Below, piece by piece: positions 36,005 to 46,469 of a DNA stretch of 51,261 nucleotides. Source of the stretch: a virus (taxonomy: Duplodnaviria > Caudoviricetes); IMG/VR virus record IMGVR_UViG_3300005286_000487, positions 1 to 51,261 of that record. One strand, given 5' to 3'. The translations under genes were made by a program, and so were the position numbers. Within the stretch, counting starts at the first letter, position 1, and each line of letters begins with the position of its first letter. The notes under the pieces were generated by a model. The model searched no databases. It had not been told where the DNA came from and was given only the letters and a program-made list of their open reading frames with translations.

Positions 36005-38443
36005 TTGGCTACCGTAAGAGCAAGCCTACAACTCTTTGATCGATTTTCGCAAAATATCAACAGAGCAAATCAGGCTATGCAGACGATGAACAGCACCATA
36101 GAACGACTGAAGCAGTCACTACAAGCGCGAATCAGCCTGGAAATCGACATAAATGCAGCATTGGCGCATGTCGAGCAAATGAAAGAGCGAATTAGAACCA
36201 TGGGTGGATCAAGTGCAATCCATGTTGTAATCAATATCAACGATGTGTTACAAAGAGTTACTCAGCTGAGGCAAAGGATTCACGCTGAATTAACAGATGC
36301 TACAGTGCAAGTCATGCTGGATGCAGGAAGTGTCTTAACACATGCAAGGTCCTTGAAACAGACAATCCATAATGCACTTTCCTTGCCTCCAATTACCGTT
36401 TCGTTGAACACTACCTCGATAATGGCTCAATTGGCTACATTACGAGCGAGTTTTGCAAACAGTGCTACAAATGCTCTAGTTGTACACGTCAATTTAGATG
36501 TATCCGGCGCGATGGCGCAAGCACATACATTACGATCCCGAATCATTGCAGCAATCGGCACCATTTCCACTACACTTCAGGTTCATTTGCCACCAACCAT
36601 CACCCAGATGGTGGAGAATCTACGGGCGCTGATTTTGAAGTTGTTGTGGGCCGTCCGGAGACTCAATCAAAATTTCCCAGTGGGCAGCGCAGCTCAACTT
36701 GAAGCAGCACTACTTCGTATCGCTCGTTTAGAACAGCGGATCAACGAGTTACAACAGCAACTCAATAATCGTATTCGTAACGGCGGAAGTGCCGCTGGCG
36801 GGCTTCTTGGTAACCTTCAAGGGATCGCCTCAGCCTATTTATCAGTAGCTGGTGCAACACGTCTCTTGCATGCCACCATAGGTGGAGCGATGGAACAACA
36901 AAAAATGTTGGACATGCTAATTGCCCGTACTGGAAGTAGAGAAGTGGGTACGGCTATGTTTGAAAAATTCAAAGAAGATGCCTTGAATGCCGGTATGGAA
37001 GTCAAAGATGCCCTCACTGGCGTATTGTCCTTCTTCTCAATGACAAGAAACACAGATCAGATTTCCGAGTTGAATAACATCGCCCAGCGTCTAACTGCTT
37101 TTGACACGACAGGTCAGGGATTAAGCGGAGCCGTCTTTTCAGTAAAAGAAGCGATGAGCGGCGATCTCGTTTCACTGGCAGAACGATTCAATATGAATAA
37201 AGCACAAATGCGTTCGGTTGGCTTGGATACCGCGGCAAAGAAAGGAGATATGGCGGCTTTCATTCAGGCGTTCAACAAACTGCTTGAAATGCAAAGTATG
37301 GGTAAAAAAGCGTATGAAACCATGTTGAACAGTCCAGCGAAAAAGTGGGAAATTCTCTTGAATCGTCTTAAATCTGCTTTTGCTGATGCGGGACAGTCGG
37401 CTGTTCAAGCACTTTTACCTCTTATCAACTTGTTGAATCGAGCGTTCGAAGAAGGAAAGTTTAAAGACGCTTTTGGCGGGCTACAAGCAGGTTTATCACT
37501 TTTTGCAGCAGGAACTGCTTCTGTGGTCGGTTTTCTCATCGATCACTGGACTACTGTGCAAAACGTTCTTCTCACGGTAGGTGCTGTTTTGGGATGGTTG
37601 GCAGTCATGTGGCTTGTGCAGTGGGCTGCGGCTGCCTGGCCGGTGCTTGCAGTGATAACTGGTATAGTCCTACTCATGGAAGTATTGAATCACTTCGGTA
37701 TTTCAACTAGCCAGATAGTAGGTTTTGTCGGCGGAGTTTTTGCTTTACTGTTTGCTTATCTGCAAAACAACTTTGCTGTATTTTGGAACTCATCGCTTGC
37801 CGTTGCTGAGTTTTTTGGAAACGTCTTTATCGATCCGGTGTATGCGATAAAAAAACTTTTCTATGACCTAATGAAGACTGTTACCGACTACATGGGCGAC
37901 ATGGTGAATAATGCGATTCGCAATTTAAACTGGCTGATTGAAAAGATCAATAGTATTTCCGGTACCACAATTTCGCTTGTTCAAGAGTTTGACCAAAATA
38001 AATGGGTCGAAGGGTTTAAGCCAGAAACGCACAGAGATGTCTTTGATCTGTCTAAATACCAGATGGAACACAAGAATCTTGGAGAAGCCTTCGAAAAAGG
38101 AAAACAATTCTCACTTAATGCTTTGAGTACCAGCAAAGATTTGGCTAGTGGCTTTAACCGAGACGACATTCTAGCAAAATGGAACACCAATCCTCAAAAC
38201 ATTAACAGAGTGAACGAAGTTGGCAAAATCAACGACAAAGTGGATATCGCAAGCGAAGACCTGAAGGTGATGCGAGAGCTGGCCGAAATGAAAAACATCC
38301 AGAACTTTGTAACGCTCACGCCTACTGTGCAGGTTCAAACTGGTGATATCAATAACGGGCATGACGTAGACACGATCATCCGGCGCATCGAGCAACATCT
38401 GGAGGAAGAGTTTGTGGCATCAGCTCAGGGGGTGTATACCTAG
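36005..38443 (+). CDS. Tape measure protein
   Basis: Long helical 812 aa with TM segments; SGDLVSLAERF; after chaperone. Confidence 0.88.
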   Translation: MATVRASLQLFDRFSQNINRANQAMQTMNSTIERLKQSLQARISLEIDINAALAHVEQMKERIRTMGGSSAIHVVININDVLQRVTQLRQRIHAELTDATVQVMLDAGSVLTHARSLKQTIHNALSLPPITVSLNTTSIMAQLATLRASFANSATNALVVHVNLDVSGAMAQAHTLRSRIIAAIGTISTTLQVHLPPTITQMVENLRALILKLLWAVRRLNQNFPVGSAAQLEAALLRIARLEQRINELQQQLNNRIRNGGSAAGGLLGNLQGIASAYLSVAGATRLLHATIGGAMEQQKMLDMLIARTGSREVGTAMFEKFKEDALNAGMEVKDALTGVLSFFSMTRNTDQISELNNIAQRLTAFDTTGQGLSGAVFSVKEAMSGDLVSLAERFNMNKAQMRSVGLDTAAKKGDMAAFIQAFNKLLEMQSMGKKAYETMLNSPAKKWEILLNRLKSAFADAGQSAVQALLPLINLLNRAFEEGKFKDAFGGLQAGLSLFAAGTASVVGFLIDHWTTVQNVLLTVGAVLGWLAVMWLVQWAAAAWPVLAVITGIVLLMEVLNHFGISTSQIVGFVGGVFALLFAYLQNNFAVFWNSSLAVAEFFGNVFIDPVYAIKKLFYDLMKTVTDYMGDMVNNAIRNLNWLIEKINSISGTTISLVQEFDQNKWVEGFKPETHRDVFDLSKYQMEHKNLGEAFEKGKQFSLNALSTSKDLASGFNRDDILAKWNTNPQNINRVNEVGKINDKVDIASEDLKVMRELAEMKNIQNFVTLTPTVQVQTGDINNGHDVDTIIRRIEQHLEEEFVASAQGVYT

Positions 38444-39126
38444 TGGCTGAATACGGGATATGGCTCAGCTTCAACAACCAAGAGGAAGGGTTTCAGATAC
38501 CTGTGACTCCTGCCTCCATCGAGATCAGCGAAGGCGGGAACAGCAAAACCTACGACGTGGCAGCGCTCGGCGAGATCAACGTGATCAAGAGCCCTAAGCT
38601 CTCAGAGATTAACTTCGAAAGCGAGTTTCCGGGCACTGATTATCCATACTGCGTCACAACGCCAAAAGACCCCTTCTATTACGTGGAGCTAATCAACAAG
38701 TGGCGGGCAACCAAAAGGCCAATCCGGTTCGTATTTACTGGAACGGCCTTTGACATCAATATGGCAGCCAGTATCGAGTCGTTCGACTGGAAAGAAGTTG
38801 CTGGCGAACAGGGCGACATACAGTACAGTATGAAACTGAAAAAATACGTGTTTTACGCTGCCAAGCGAGTAGTCGTAACACAAGCATCTGGCAGCGCTCC
38901 GGCAGTTGTCCAGCAAGGGCAACCTGCACGTCCGACCGACAAGCAGCCACCGAAAACGTACAAACTGGCACCCGGCGATAATCTGTGGACCGTCTCTAAA
39001 AAGGCTTTCGGCACGGATGCATACGTCAATGAGATCCAAAAGCTAAACGGGATTACAGACGCGCAACTCAAAAAGCTGCCAATAGGCTTGGAGCTTCAAC
39101 TGCCGAAGGTGGGGAACTATGCTTGA
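38443..39126 (+). CDS. LysM-containing tail tube initiator (XkdP-like)
   Basis: LGEINVIK, FESEFP; C-terminal YKLAPGDNLWTVSKK LysM. Confidence 0.85.
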   Translation: MAEYGIWLSFNNQEEGFQIPVTPASIEISEGGNSKTYDVAALGEINVIKSPKLSEINFESEFPGTDYPYCVTTPKDPFYYVELINKWRATKRPIRFVFTGTAFDINMAASIESFDWKEVAGEQGDIQYSMKLKKYVFYAAKRVVVTQASGSAPAVVQQGQPARPTDKQPPKTYKLAPGDNLWTVSKKAFGTDAYVNEIQKLNGITDAQLKKLPIGLELQLPKVGNYA

Positions 39127-40084
39127 AATCCTGATTGACAACAAAGACGGAAATGTATGGGATATTTCTGGGTTAGTTTCTTCTGTCTCGTGGGACACGG
39201 TACGGATTGGTAAACCATCCAAACTGGAAGTTACGTTCATTAAAGGGGCTATCTACGAGGACAAAAGCTTCAAGTACAACAACGGCGACATCATCCGATT
39301 CAGAAAAGACGGGATGAACGTGTTTTATGGATACATCTTTGATATCAACAGCGGCAAGGACGAGTTGGTTAAAGTAACAGCCTATGATCAACTCCGGTAC
39401 CTCCTCGCCAATGACACGTACGTTTTCAAAAACGTCACAGCCATACAGGTAATCAAGCAGATAGCTGATGACTTCCGCTTAAAAACGGGAGTTTTATCTG
39501 ACGCCGGGTATAAGATTCCGACTCTTGTTGAGGACAATAAAAAGCTTCTCGATATCATCTACAAGTCACTAGACCTGACTCTCATTAACACGGGACGAAA
39601 TTATGTACTTCTCGACGACTTCGGTGAGATTTCATTACGCAACGTTGAGGACATGAAACTTGACTTCGTGCTTGGCGATGGCAGCCTGATGTATGACTAC
39701 GACTACAAGCGCTCAATCGATAGTGACACGTACAACCGTGTGAAAATTGTTAGAAATAACAAGAAAACAAAACGCCGTGATGTGTACATGGCCCAAAGCA
39801 ATACGATCGGTAAGTGGGGCTTGTTGCAACTGTATCAGACGGCAGATGAAAATGCGAATGACGCTCAAATCAAGCAACTTCTGGATACTCTTATGCGCGT
39901 GAAAAATCGCGAGAGTAAAATCTTTACCATCAAGGCGATCGGGGATATTCGAGTAAGAGCAGGCTGCTATTTGCCAGTCATCATTGAAGAAATCGGGATC
40001 AATCAGTATTTTCTCGTTGATGAATGTAGCCACAGTATCGAAGGTGAGGACCACACGATGACCGTAGATTTGAAGGTGATTTAA
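39119..40084 (+). CDS. Baseplate hub protein (XkdQ-like)
   Basis: TAYDQLRYL, SIDSDTYNRVK, WGLLQ. Confidence 0.88.
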   Translation: MLEILIDNKDGNVWDISGLVSSVSWDTVRIGKPSKLEVTFIKGAIYEDKSFKYNNGDIIRFRKDGMNVFYGYIFDINSGKDELVKVTAYDQLRYLLANDTYVFKNVTAIQVIKQIADDFRLKTGVLSDAGYKIPTLVEDNKKLLDIIYKSLDLTLINTGRNYVLLDDFGEISLRNVEDMKLDFVLGDGSLMYDYDYKRSIDSDTYNRVKIVRNNKKTKRRDVYMAQSNTIGKWGLLQLYQTADENANDAQIKQLLDTLMRVKNRESKIFTIKAIGDIRVRAGCYLPVIIEEIGINQYFLVDECSHSIEGEDHTMTVDLKVI

Positions 40085-40347
40085 TGGGCATACTCGACAC
40101 GATAAAAAAAGCTGGCCTCGGAGCGGTGGAAGCCGGAAATCCGGTAGCAATCCTATACGGAAACGTGAAGAGCATAAATCCTCTTGAGGTAATCGTAGAT
40201 CAACGCTTTACCCTCACAGAGGATTTTTTGATCGTTCCAGAACGAATCAGAGAGCTAGTTCCTCCGAATGAGCTGAAGCCGGGTCAACAGCTGCTTTTAC
40301 TGAGGGTGCAGGGGGGAAACCAGTACGTTATATGGGATAGGGTGTGA
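40084..40347 (+). CDS. XkdR-like (DUF2577) spike protein
   Basis: LKPGQQLLLLRVQGGNQYVIWDRV. Confidence 0.8.
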   Translation: MGILDTIKKAGLGAVEAGNPVAILYGNVKSINPLEVIVDQRFTLTEDFLIVPERIRELVPPNELKPGQQLLLLRVQGGNQYVIWDRV

Positions 40348-40352
40348 TTTTG

Positions 40353-40754
40353 ATGATTCCACAGGGCGGTGTATTACCGACCAATCAGCCGGTTACGTAC
40401 ACTCAACAAACGAGCCGGACCTATCGCTGGGACCAAGAGAACAAACGAATCGTCGGTATGGTCGATGGGATCGAGGCAGTCAAGCAAGCTGTTTATAAAA
40501 TCCTGTCATCGGAGCGATTTCATTACATGGTGTACAGCTGGCTGTATGGGACAGAAACGCAGGGCCTGATTGGAGAGGACACCGCCTTCATTCGTTCTGA
40601 GCTGAAGCGTCGCGTGTCTGAGGCGTTGTTGCAGGATGACCGCATCAACGCAATCGAAGACATGCAGGTAACCGTGGATGGAGACAGCGTTTTGGCAAGA
40701 TTCACGGTCATATCGGTCTTCGGTAGATTTTCCTCAGAGAAGGTGGTGAGGTGA
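40353..40754 (+). CDS. XkdS-like (DUF2634) baseplate protein
   Basis: EAVKQAVYKILSSERF...YS..YG; EALLQDDRI. Confidence 0.85.
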   Translation: MIPQGGVLPTNQPVTYTQQTSRTYRWDQENKRIVGMVDGIEAVKQAVYKILSSERFHYMVYSWLYGTETQGLIGEDTAFIRSELKRRVSEALLQDDRINAIEDMQVTVDGDSVLARFTVISVFGRFSSEKVVR

Positions 40755-40755
40755 G

Positions 40756-41841
40756 GTGTATGAAGAACAGACGTTTGATGTAATTATGGCTCGTCTCTTG
40801 AGCCGGGTTCCAAACGACGTAGACAAAAGGGAGGGAAGCATCATCCATGATGCACTTGCGCCAGCAGCAATTGAGTTGGCACAGGCATATCGGGAATTGG
40901 ATATCAACCGAAACCTCTCATACGCAGATACTGCCACTGATGAATATTTGGAACGGCGGACAGCGGAGTTCGGGGTGACCCGGGAACCTGCTACAAAAGC
41001 GCGCCGGAAAGGGGAGTTCTTTGACAGTCAAGGCACTCCGCTGGATATTCCGATCGGCAGCAGATTCTCGCTATCTGATCTGAACTATGTTGCTGTTAAG
41101 CGACTGGCACTCGGACAGTACGAGATGGAGTGCGAAACACTTGGCGTTGTTGGAAACCAGCATTTCGGCGTTTTGCTGCCCATCGAATACATCAACGGAT
41201 TGGCGCGGGCTGAGCTGACTGACGTTATCGTACCAGGTGAAGACGAGGAGTCGGATGAGTCTCTGCGCATTCGTTACTTTGAAACCATCAACTCGCAGCC
41301 TTTTGGTGGAAACATCGACGAGTACAAGGCGGAGATTAGGAAGATTCCGGGTGTCGGAGGTGTAAAAGTCTTTCCTGTATGGCAGGGCGGTGGAACCGTT
41401 AAGTGCACAATCATAGCTAGTGATTTCGGCCCTCCTACATCGGAACTCGTCGATGAGGTACAGACCTTCATCGATCCAGTACAAAACAGCGGACAAGGCT
41501 TGGGATTGGCCCCAATTGGTCACCGAGTAACGATCAGAGGCGTAACCGCAGTAAACGTCGATATCGCGACCAACCTAACGCTCAGCGGCGTAACTACGGG
41601 TCAAGTGGAGGCGGAGATTGCGCAGGTGATAGGTGATTACCTCATGACCTTGAGGAAGGCTTGGAGTTCCATGCAACCTGGTGAGGGCATCATTGTGCGA
41701 ATCAGTCAAGTAGAAGCCCGTATACTTGGTGTGAACGGTGTTGTTGACGTGTCAGGCACCAAGCTGAACGACATTGAAGCAAACCTGCAATTGGCACCTG
41801 AAGAAGTTCCGCGGGCAGGAGTGATTACACTTGGAACTTAA
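40756..41841 (+). CDS. Baseplate J/gp47-like protein (XkdT-like)
   Basis: DKREGSIIHDALAP, GEDEESDESLR, GLAPIGHRVT. Confidence 0.92.
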   Translation: MYEEQTFDVIMARLLSRVPNDVDKREGSIIHDALAPAAIELAQAYRELDINRNLSYADTATDEYLERRTAEFGVTREPATKARRKGEFFDSQGTPLDIPIGSRFSLSDLNYVAVKRLALGQYEMECETLGVVGNQHFGVLLPIEYINGLARAELTDVIVPGEDEESDESLRIRYFETINSQPFGGNIDEYKAEIRKIPGVGGVKVFPVWQGGGTVKCTIIASDFGPPTSELVDEVQTFIDPVQNSGQGLGLAPIGHRVTIRGVTAVNVDIATNLTLSGVTTGQVEAEIAQVIGDYLMTLRKAWSSMQPGEGIIVRISQVEARILGVNGVVDVSGTKLNDIEANLQLAPEEVPRAGVITLGT

Positions 41842-42421
41842 CAGACTCCTTTCTTATCTTCCCGAGTTACACGCTGAAATCAGAGAGTTTCAAGAAATAA
41901 CACACACCGAGCAGAGCGAGTTTGATTTGCTCAATCGATCGATAAAACAGTTATTCGACGAGCAATTTGTTCTTACAGCAAGCGAGCAATACCTTGCTCG
42001 CCGCGAAAAAATGCTCAACATTCAGGCTGATCCAGCTAAAGAGTCTCTGGATTTTCGCCGGAAAAGGCTGATCAACCGATACTCGACTAAGGCTCCGTTT
42101 ACAGAACGGTACCTGCAGCAACAACTTGATAGGCTGGTTGGTGCTGGTGTTGCGATTGTAGGTGTAGATGTACAAAACTATTTGCTGTCGGTCGAAGCAA
42201 AGATCAACGATGCGGCTGTCTTCGAAGAAGTCATCCACACCGTTGAAAAAGTGAAGCCCGCCAACATGGTTTACATCCAGCAAACAGCAGTTCATGACTC
42301 AATCCACTTGGAAGAACGGATATCAAGGGCTGCGCTGACAAGAATGACTGGTTTGTCCACCACATGGCAACTTGGCGTGACGCCTTTTGCTGTTCGAGGT
42401 GAGGAGGTGCAAGTCAAGTGA
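41831..42421 (+). CDS. XkdU-like (DUF2313) baseplate protein
   Basis: ESLDFRRKRL, VKPANM. Confidence 0.85.
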   Translation: MELNRLLSYLPELHAEIREFQEITHTEQSEFDLLNRSIKQLFDEQFVLTASEQYLARREKMLNIQADPAKESLDFRRKRLINRYSTKAPFTERYLQQQLDRLVGAGVAIVGVDVQNYLLSVEAKINDAAVFEEVIHTVEKVKPANMVYIQQTAVHDSIHLEERISRAALTRMTGLSTTWQLGVTPFAVRGEEVQVK

Positions 42422-42702
42422 TAGAGAGTAGCTTTCTTGGAACAGTTGCAGGATTCATAAACAATTACGTCTCAAAGGTGCTCTTGAACGGGACTGTCGA
42501 GATCACTACCTTTTCCAAAAAGGAAGTTCGGGACAACGTGCTGCATCTGGAATATTTGGTGCCAGCAGCTGTTGTCAGCGAAGTGCGGCTCATACAGTTG
42601 CAAAATGCTGCTGGAAAGACCGTTAGCTCGAACACTGTTTATGTACCGATATCAACAGATACATTTATCAAGCAAAGCATCGAAGTGAGCGAGGTGATGT
42701 GA
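42418..42702 (+). CDS. Tail/baseplate protein
   Basis: Coupled ORF in tail operon. Confidence 0.65.
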   Translation: MIESSFLGTVAGFINNYVSKVLLNGTVEITTFSKKEVRDNVLHLEYLVPAAVVSEVRLIQLQNAAGKTVSSNTVYVPISTDTFIKQSIEVSEVM

Positions 42703-42703
42703 T

Positions 42704-42979
42704 GTGGCATATCAAGCAAAGGTGAACTGGCAATACGGCGAAACGCCAACCGAGGAAGACGCAAACCGTTGGGAACAAGGTATTGCAGATGCGCATGTAA
42801 TTATCGACATCGTACAGCCGATGGTTTTGAGCCACGAGACTCGTATTAAAGCACTTGAAAGCTCACTGGCCAACGACCTCCGCGACAACCTGTTTTCGTT
42901 TGATTTTGCGTCAACAACGGGGCTGAACATCGAGGCGGGCTGGGTAGACCAGGCGAACGCGCAGTTGGTCATCAAATAA
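42704..42979 (+). CDS. Short tail-fibre-associated protein
   Basis: MAYQAKVNWQYGE...DANRWEQGI fibre-type N-terminus. Confidence 0.65.
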   Translation: MAYQAKVNWQYGETPTEEDANRWEQGIADAHVIIDIVQPMVLSHETRIKALESSLANDLRDNLFSFDFASTTGLNIEAGWVDQANAQLVIK

Positions 42980-43024
42980 CAGTCGCTCACCCGAGCGGCT
43001 TTTTTCATGGAAAGGGGGAGGAAC

Positions 43025-44539
43025 ATGCCGAGCATTACAATTGTTGCGGACTCATCATGGAAAGATACCTATGTGAACGAACACAATCCAACAACCAACT
43101 ACGGTACTGCCGCTAGTCTTTTAGTTGGTTTGTATCAGTCAGGATCAAACATAAGGAAATCTGCAGCATATATAAAACCATCTTTAGCATCACTGCCAGC
43201 TAATATCAGAGTGACATCCGCGATCCTTAAAGTTTATACATCGCCATCTAGATCAACGGACGGAATGCCTCATAAAGTGGTTCGAGTGACAAGTGATTGG
43301 GACCCAATGACATTAGTTAGCGCCAATGCTCCAACCGTTGATACGGTCAAATATGATGCTCCTATTGCCACAAATGCTTATGCGTCAATTGACATTACGC
43401 CAATAGTGGCCTCGTGGGTGGATGGTAGTAAACCAAATTACGGTGTCAAAATTATCAATGACGGAACCGTTGGGCAAGGTGAGTGGTCGTGGTGGTATAA
43501 CGCATCAGAACATCCCTCTAACAAACCGATGCTCGAAGTCACATATGAGTTTTTGAACAAACCGCCTACGCTTACGCTCACCAGCCCTTCCGATAATCAA
43601 ACATTAGCGGAAGGTAGCACGTTTCCAATCGCGGGCGAGGCCAGCGACGCCGACAACGGCAATGTGGTTACTGTAAAGTACAAGATCAACAACGGCACAG
43701 CGAGGGCTATCGCCTCCGGCGTATCGGATGGCAGCAGTCCTCTTTCTTTTGCCAAAACGCTGACCTACAGCAACAAGCGCCTATGGGACGGAGCAGTCGA
43801 TGTCACCGGGGCTGACCTGGCCGAAAACGTTGACCACGTCCTGACCGTTTGGGCCGAGGACGACCAGGGCGGCAAGAGCGAGGAAGTCACCCGCAAATTC
43901 CGAGTGATTTGGAACCGCCCGCCTACGATCAGCGGCGAAAATGGAGACCTCGGCATCATGGAGGAACCGCCATCGGTCGAGTATACCGTCACAGACCCGG
44001 AAACCAACCCGTTTACGATCACCGAGAAGATCAACGGCGAGGTGATCCGCACGTTTGCTGGCGTAGCCGGGCAGCAGGAGACGGTCACGATACCGCCTGA
44101 TATGTGGCTCAGGCTTGAGCCAAGCGTCCAGCATGAGTTGACCATCGAAGCAACAGATAGCCAGGGCATGATAGCGATCAGGACGTACACGCTGACGCGG
44201 TTCGTGGACAAGATCGTGTTTTCGCTGGATTTCGCGACCATGCAGCAAGAGACGAAAGACTTTTTCACGACAGACGTTGCCGCGAAAAGACTTCTGCTCA
44301 CACCGATTTGGGACCTGCCCCCAGGCGCGATCCTGCTCGTCGAAGTTTGTAACAACGCCTACGATGCGGAGCCGACGTGGGAAGACGCCACTATCGTCGT
44401 CAAACTCAACCGTGCGCACCTGTTCAGCAACACAACCAAAACAGCAGCGCAGTGGGGCATTAATTTCCGGATCAAGATCGAGAAGGGGACGGCCATCGGG
44501 CCAATATACGTGAAAGGTGTAGGAGGTGCTTTTGATTGA
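43025..44539 (+). CDS. Putative receptor-binding/tail appendage protein (DNRLRE/CBM96-like N-domain plus Ig-like repeats)
   Basis: DTYVNEHNPTTNYG...KPMLEVTY, then NKPPTLTL and NRPPTISG Ig-like modules. Confidence 0.7.
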   Translation: MPSITIVADSSWKDTYVNEHNPTTNYGTAASLLVGLYQSGSNIRKSAAYIKPSLASLPANIRVTSAILKVYTSPSRSTDGMPHKVVRVTSDWDPMTLVSANAPTVDTVKYDAPIATNAYASIDITPIVASWVDGSKPNYGVKIINDGTVGQGEWSWWYNASEHPSNKPMLEVTYEFLNKPPTLTLTSPSDNQTLAEGSTFPIAGEASDADNGNVVTVKYKINNGTARAIASGVSDGSSPLSFAKTLTYSNKRLWDGAVDVTGADLAENVDHVLTVWAEDDQGGKSEEVTRKFRVIWNRPPTISGENGDLGIMEEPPSVEYTVTDPETNPFTITEKINGEVIRTFAGVAGQQETVTIPPDMWLRLEPSVQHELTIEATDSQGMIAIRTYTLTRFVDKIVFSLDFATMQQETKDFFTTDVAAKRLLLTPIWDLPPGAILLVEVCNNAYDAEPTWEDATIVVKLNRAHLFSNTTKTAAQWGINFRIKIEKGTAIGPIYVKGVGGAFD

Positions 44540-44808
44540 ACATCCAGACATCAAACGTCCGGCCAGTCAGCCAGATTCAAGGCGAACGCCAAGAGTTGGA
44601 GCAAGAAAAAGCAGTGCTGCAACAAAAGGTATCGCAGCTCACAGAAGACAAAACTACGCTTATGTTGGCTATCACTGATATGTATGAGCAGAACCTGGCT
44701 CTTGAAGAAAAGAACAAAAACGTCATGCTGGCGATGACGGAGGTCTACGAGTTGCTGCTGCCATTGCTGCCAGAAGAAACCGAACAAGAAGGAGGAGGAA
44801 CAACCTGA
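44536..44808 (+). CDS. Coiled-coil tail-associated protein
   Basis: Repeated MLA(I/M)T(D/E)xYE motif. Confidence 0.65.
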   Translation: MNIQTSNVRPVSQIQGERQELEQEKAVLQQKVSQLTEDKTTLMLAITDMYEQNLALEEKNKNVMLAMTEVYELLLPLLPEETEQEGGGTT

Positions 44809-44930
44809 TGCACCCTATGTCGCCTATTTATGCAGACCTGATCCGCGAAGGTCTGAAAACCATCGAACAAGTACCAGAAAAAAACCGCGCCGAAGTCGAA
44901 GCGCTTGTGAACGCCGATGCAGCAAATTAA
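44808..44930 (+). CDS. CD1375/XkdX-like small protein (absent from ORF track)
   Basis: IYADLIREGLKTIEQVPEKNRAEVEAL; GGAGGAGG RBS. Confidence 0.75.
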   Translation: MHPMSPIYADLIREGLKTIEQVPEKNRAEVEALVNADAAN

Positions 44931-44991
44931 ACGTGCTGCTGAAGCGTTTTTATTATGGCTGCTACTGTCGCTGAGAGGAGGTGAGCAAAAC

Positions 44992-45123
44992 ATGGCAATC
45001 GCGGTGATCTACGTGACTCTCATCATCGAAGGCAATAAGACATATGCCCAGGTGCCAGCAAGGATCAAACCAGAAGTAAAGAGCCAACTGGAAGTTTTGG
45101 GCTTGCCCGAACTGGCCCAGTAA
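44992..45123 (+). CDS. CD1375/XkdX-like small protein, second paralogue
   Basis: IYVTLIIEGNKTYAQVPARIKPEVK; GAGGAGGTG RBS. Confidence 0.75.
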   Translation: MAIAVIYVTLIIEGNKTYAQVPARIKPEVKSQLEVLGLPELAQ

Positions 45124-45211
45124 GTTTTTCTATGACACCAAGACTGACAGCAAGCCCCGATCCGACCGGGGCAATTTTTATTGCCCACCGAGGCAGAGAG
45201 GAAAAGAGCGA

Positions 45212-45607
45212 ATGGACAACTTTATCAAAACAGGAATTGCTATCGGAGGGGCAGCAGCCTCTTTTCTTTTTGGCGGCTGGTCAGCATTGCTCAGTGTGCT
45301 ACTCGCATTCGTCATTTTTGATTTTGTCACTGGTCTGATTGCAGCCGGAATGGAAGGAAAGTTAAAAAGCAAGGTCGGTATGATCGGCATTGCGCGGAAG
45401 TTGTTCATTTTTTGCATGGTCGCGATTGCGCATCTGATCGACATGTCGCTTGGTGACCAAAATTTCATCCGCGACGCGACGATCTTTTTCTATCTGGCGA
45501 ACGAACTGCTGTCCATCATCGAGAACGCGGGACGCATTGGCCTGCCCGTTCCGGAATTGATTAAGCGAGCGGTAGAGGTACTGAAAGGGAAAGGGGAGGG
45601 CAAATAA
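45212..45607 (+). CDS. Phage holin (Phage_holin_4_1-like)
   Basis: DFVTGLIAA, LKSKVG..GIARK, NELLSIIENAG..GLPVP. Confidence 0.92.
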   Translation: MDNFIKTGIAIGGAAASFLFGGWSALLSVLLAFVIFDFVTGLIAAGMEGKLKSKVGMIGIARKLFIFCMVAIAHLIDMSLGDQNFIRDATIFFYLANELLSIIENAGRIGLPVPELIKRAVEVLKGKGEGK

Positions 45608-45608
45608 C

Positions 45609-46469
45609 ATGCAAATCACGGAAATGCTGCTCACGAACCAAACGGCCAGACCAGGCACAAAGATTGTCCCGAAAGGACTGGTCATCCACTGGACAGCCAA
45701 CGAGGGCAAGGGAGCCGATGCGGTGGCAAACCGGAACTACTTCAACAAGCCGACGACAGAAGCCAGCGCGCACTACATCGTGGACGACAGGCAGATCATC
45801 AGGTGTTTGCCCGAGACGGAAATGGGCTATCACGTAGGAGCCAAGTCGTACAAACCCGAAGCTTTGAAGCAGCTCAGTTCGTACCCGAACAATTGCACGA
45901 TCGGCATCGAGATGTGTGTGAATGTGGACAGTGATTTTCGAGCGATGTATAAGCGAACGGTGGAGCTGGCCGCGGACATCCTCCGGCGGTACGGCTGGAG
46001 TGTGGACAAGCTGTGGCGCCACTACGACATCACAGGTAAAAACTGCCCGGCTTACTTCGTGTCAGATGATTTTGCACGCAAGTACACTGGCCTGACAGCA
46101 CAGCAGGCGTGGGCGAAGTTCAAAGACGATGTGCATAAGTTGCTAACAAGTAATCCACAACCTACACCTAAACCTGTGGATAAAGTTTCCATCGAAGTCA
46201 ACGGAAAGTTGCTGCCGGTGCAGGGCTTCCTCAAAGATGGAGTATCTAGGCTGCCAGTTCGGGCGGTGGCCGAGGCCGCTGGCGTCGTTCCTGGGTGGTG
46301 TGATACCAACAAACAGGTCACAGTCAACGGTGTTGTCATGCCGGTCACAATCGACGCTGGAACGTCATATACCCCTGCTCGGGACTTGGTTGCGGCGCTC
46401 GGCCTGCAGGTCGAATGGGAGCAAACTACCAAAACAGTGAAACTTTCGAAAGGATGTGTTTGCAAATGA
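45609..46469 (+). CDS. N-acetylmuramoyl-L-alanine amidase endolysin (Amidase_2) with C-terminal binding domain
   Basis: VIHWTAN, SAHYIVDD, IGIEMC, RHYDITGKNCP. Confidence 0.93.
   Translation: MQITEMLLTNQTARPGTKIVPKGLVIHWTANEGKGADAVANRNYFNKPTTEASAHYIVDDRQIIRCLPETEMGYHVGAKSYKPEALKQLSSYPNNCTIGIEMCVNVDSDFRAMYKRTVELAADILRRYGWSVDKLWRHYDITGKNCPAYFVSDDFARKYTGLTAQQAWAKFKDDVHKLLTSNPQPTPKPVDKVSIEVNGKLLPVQGFLKDGVSRLPVRAVAEAAGVVPGWCDTNKQVTVNGVVMPVTIDAGTSYTPARDLVAALGLQVEWEQTTKTVKLSKGCVCK

Noticed and set aside
43025-44539. Diversity-generating retroelement target or invertible tail-fibre shufflon
   Set aside because: No reverse transcriptase, template repeat, or inverted alternative fibre segments seen
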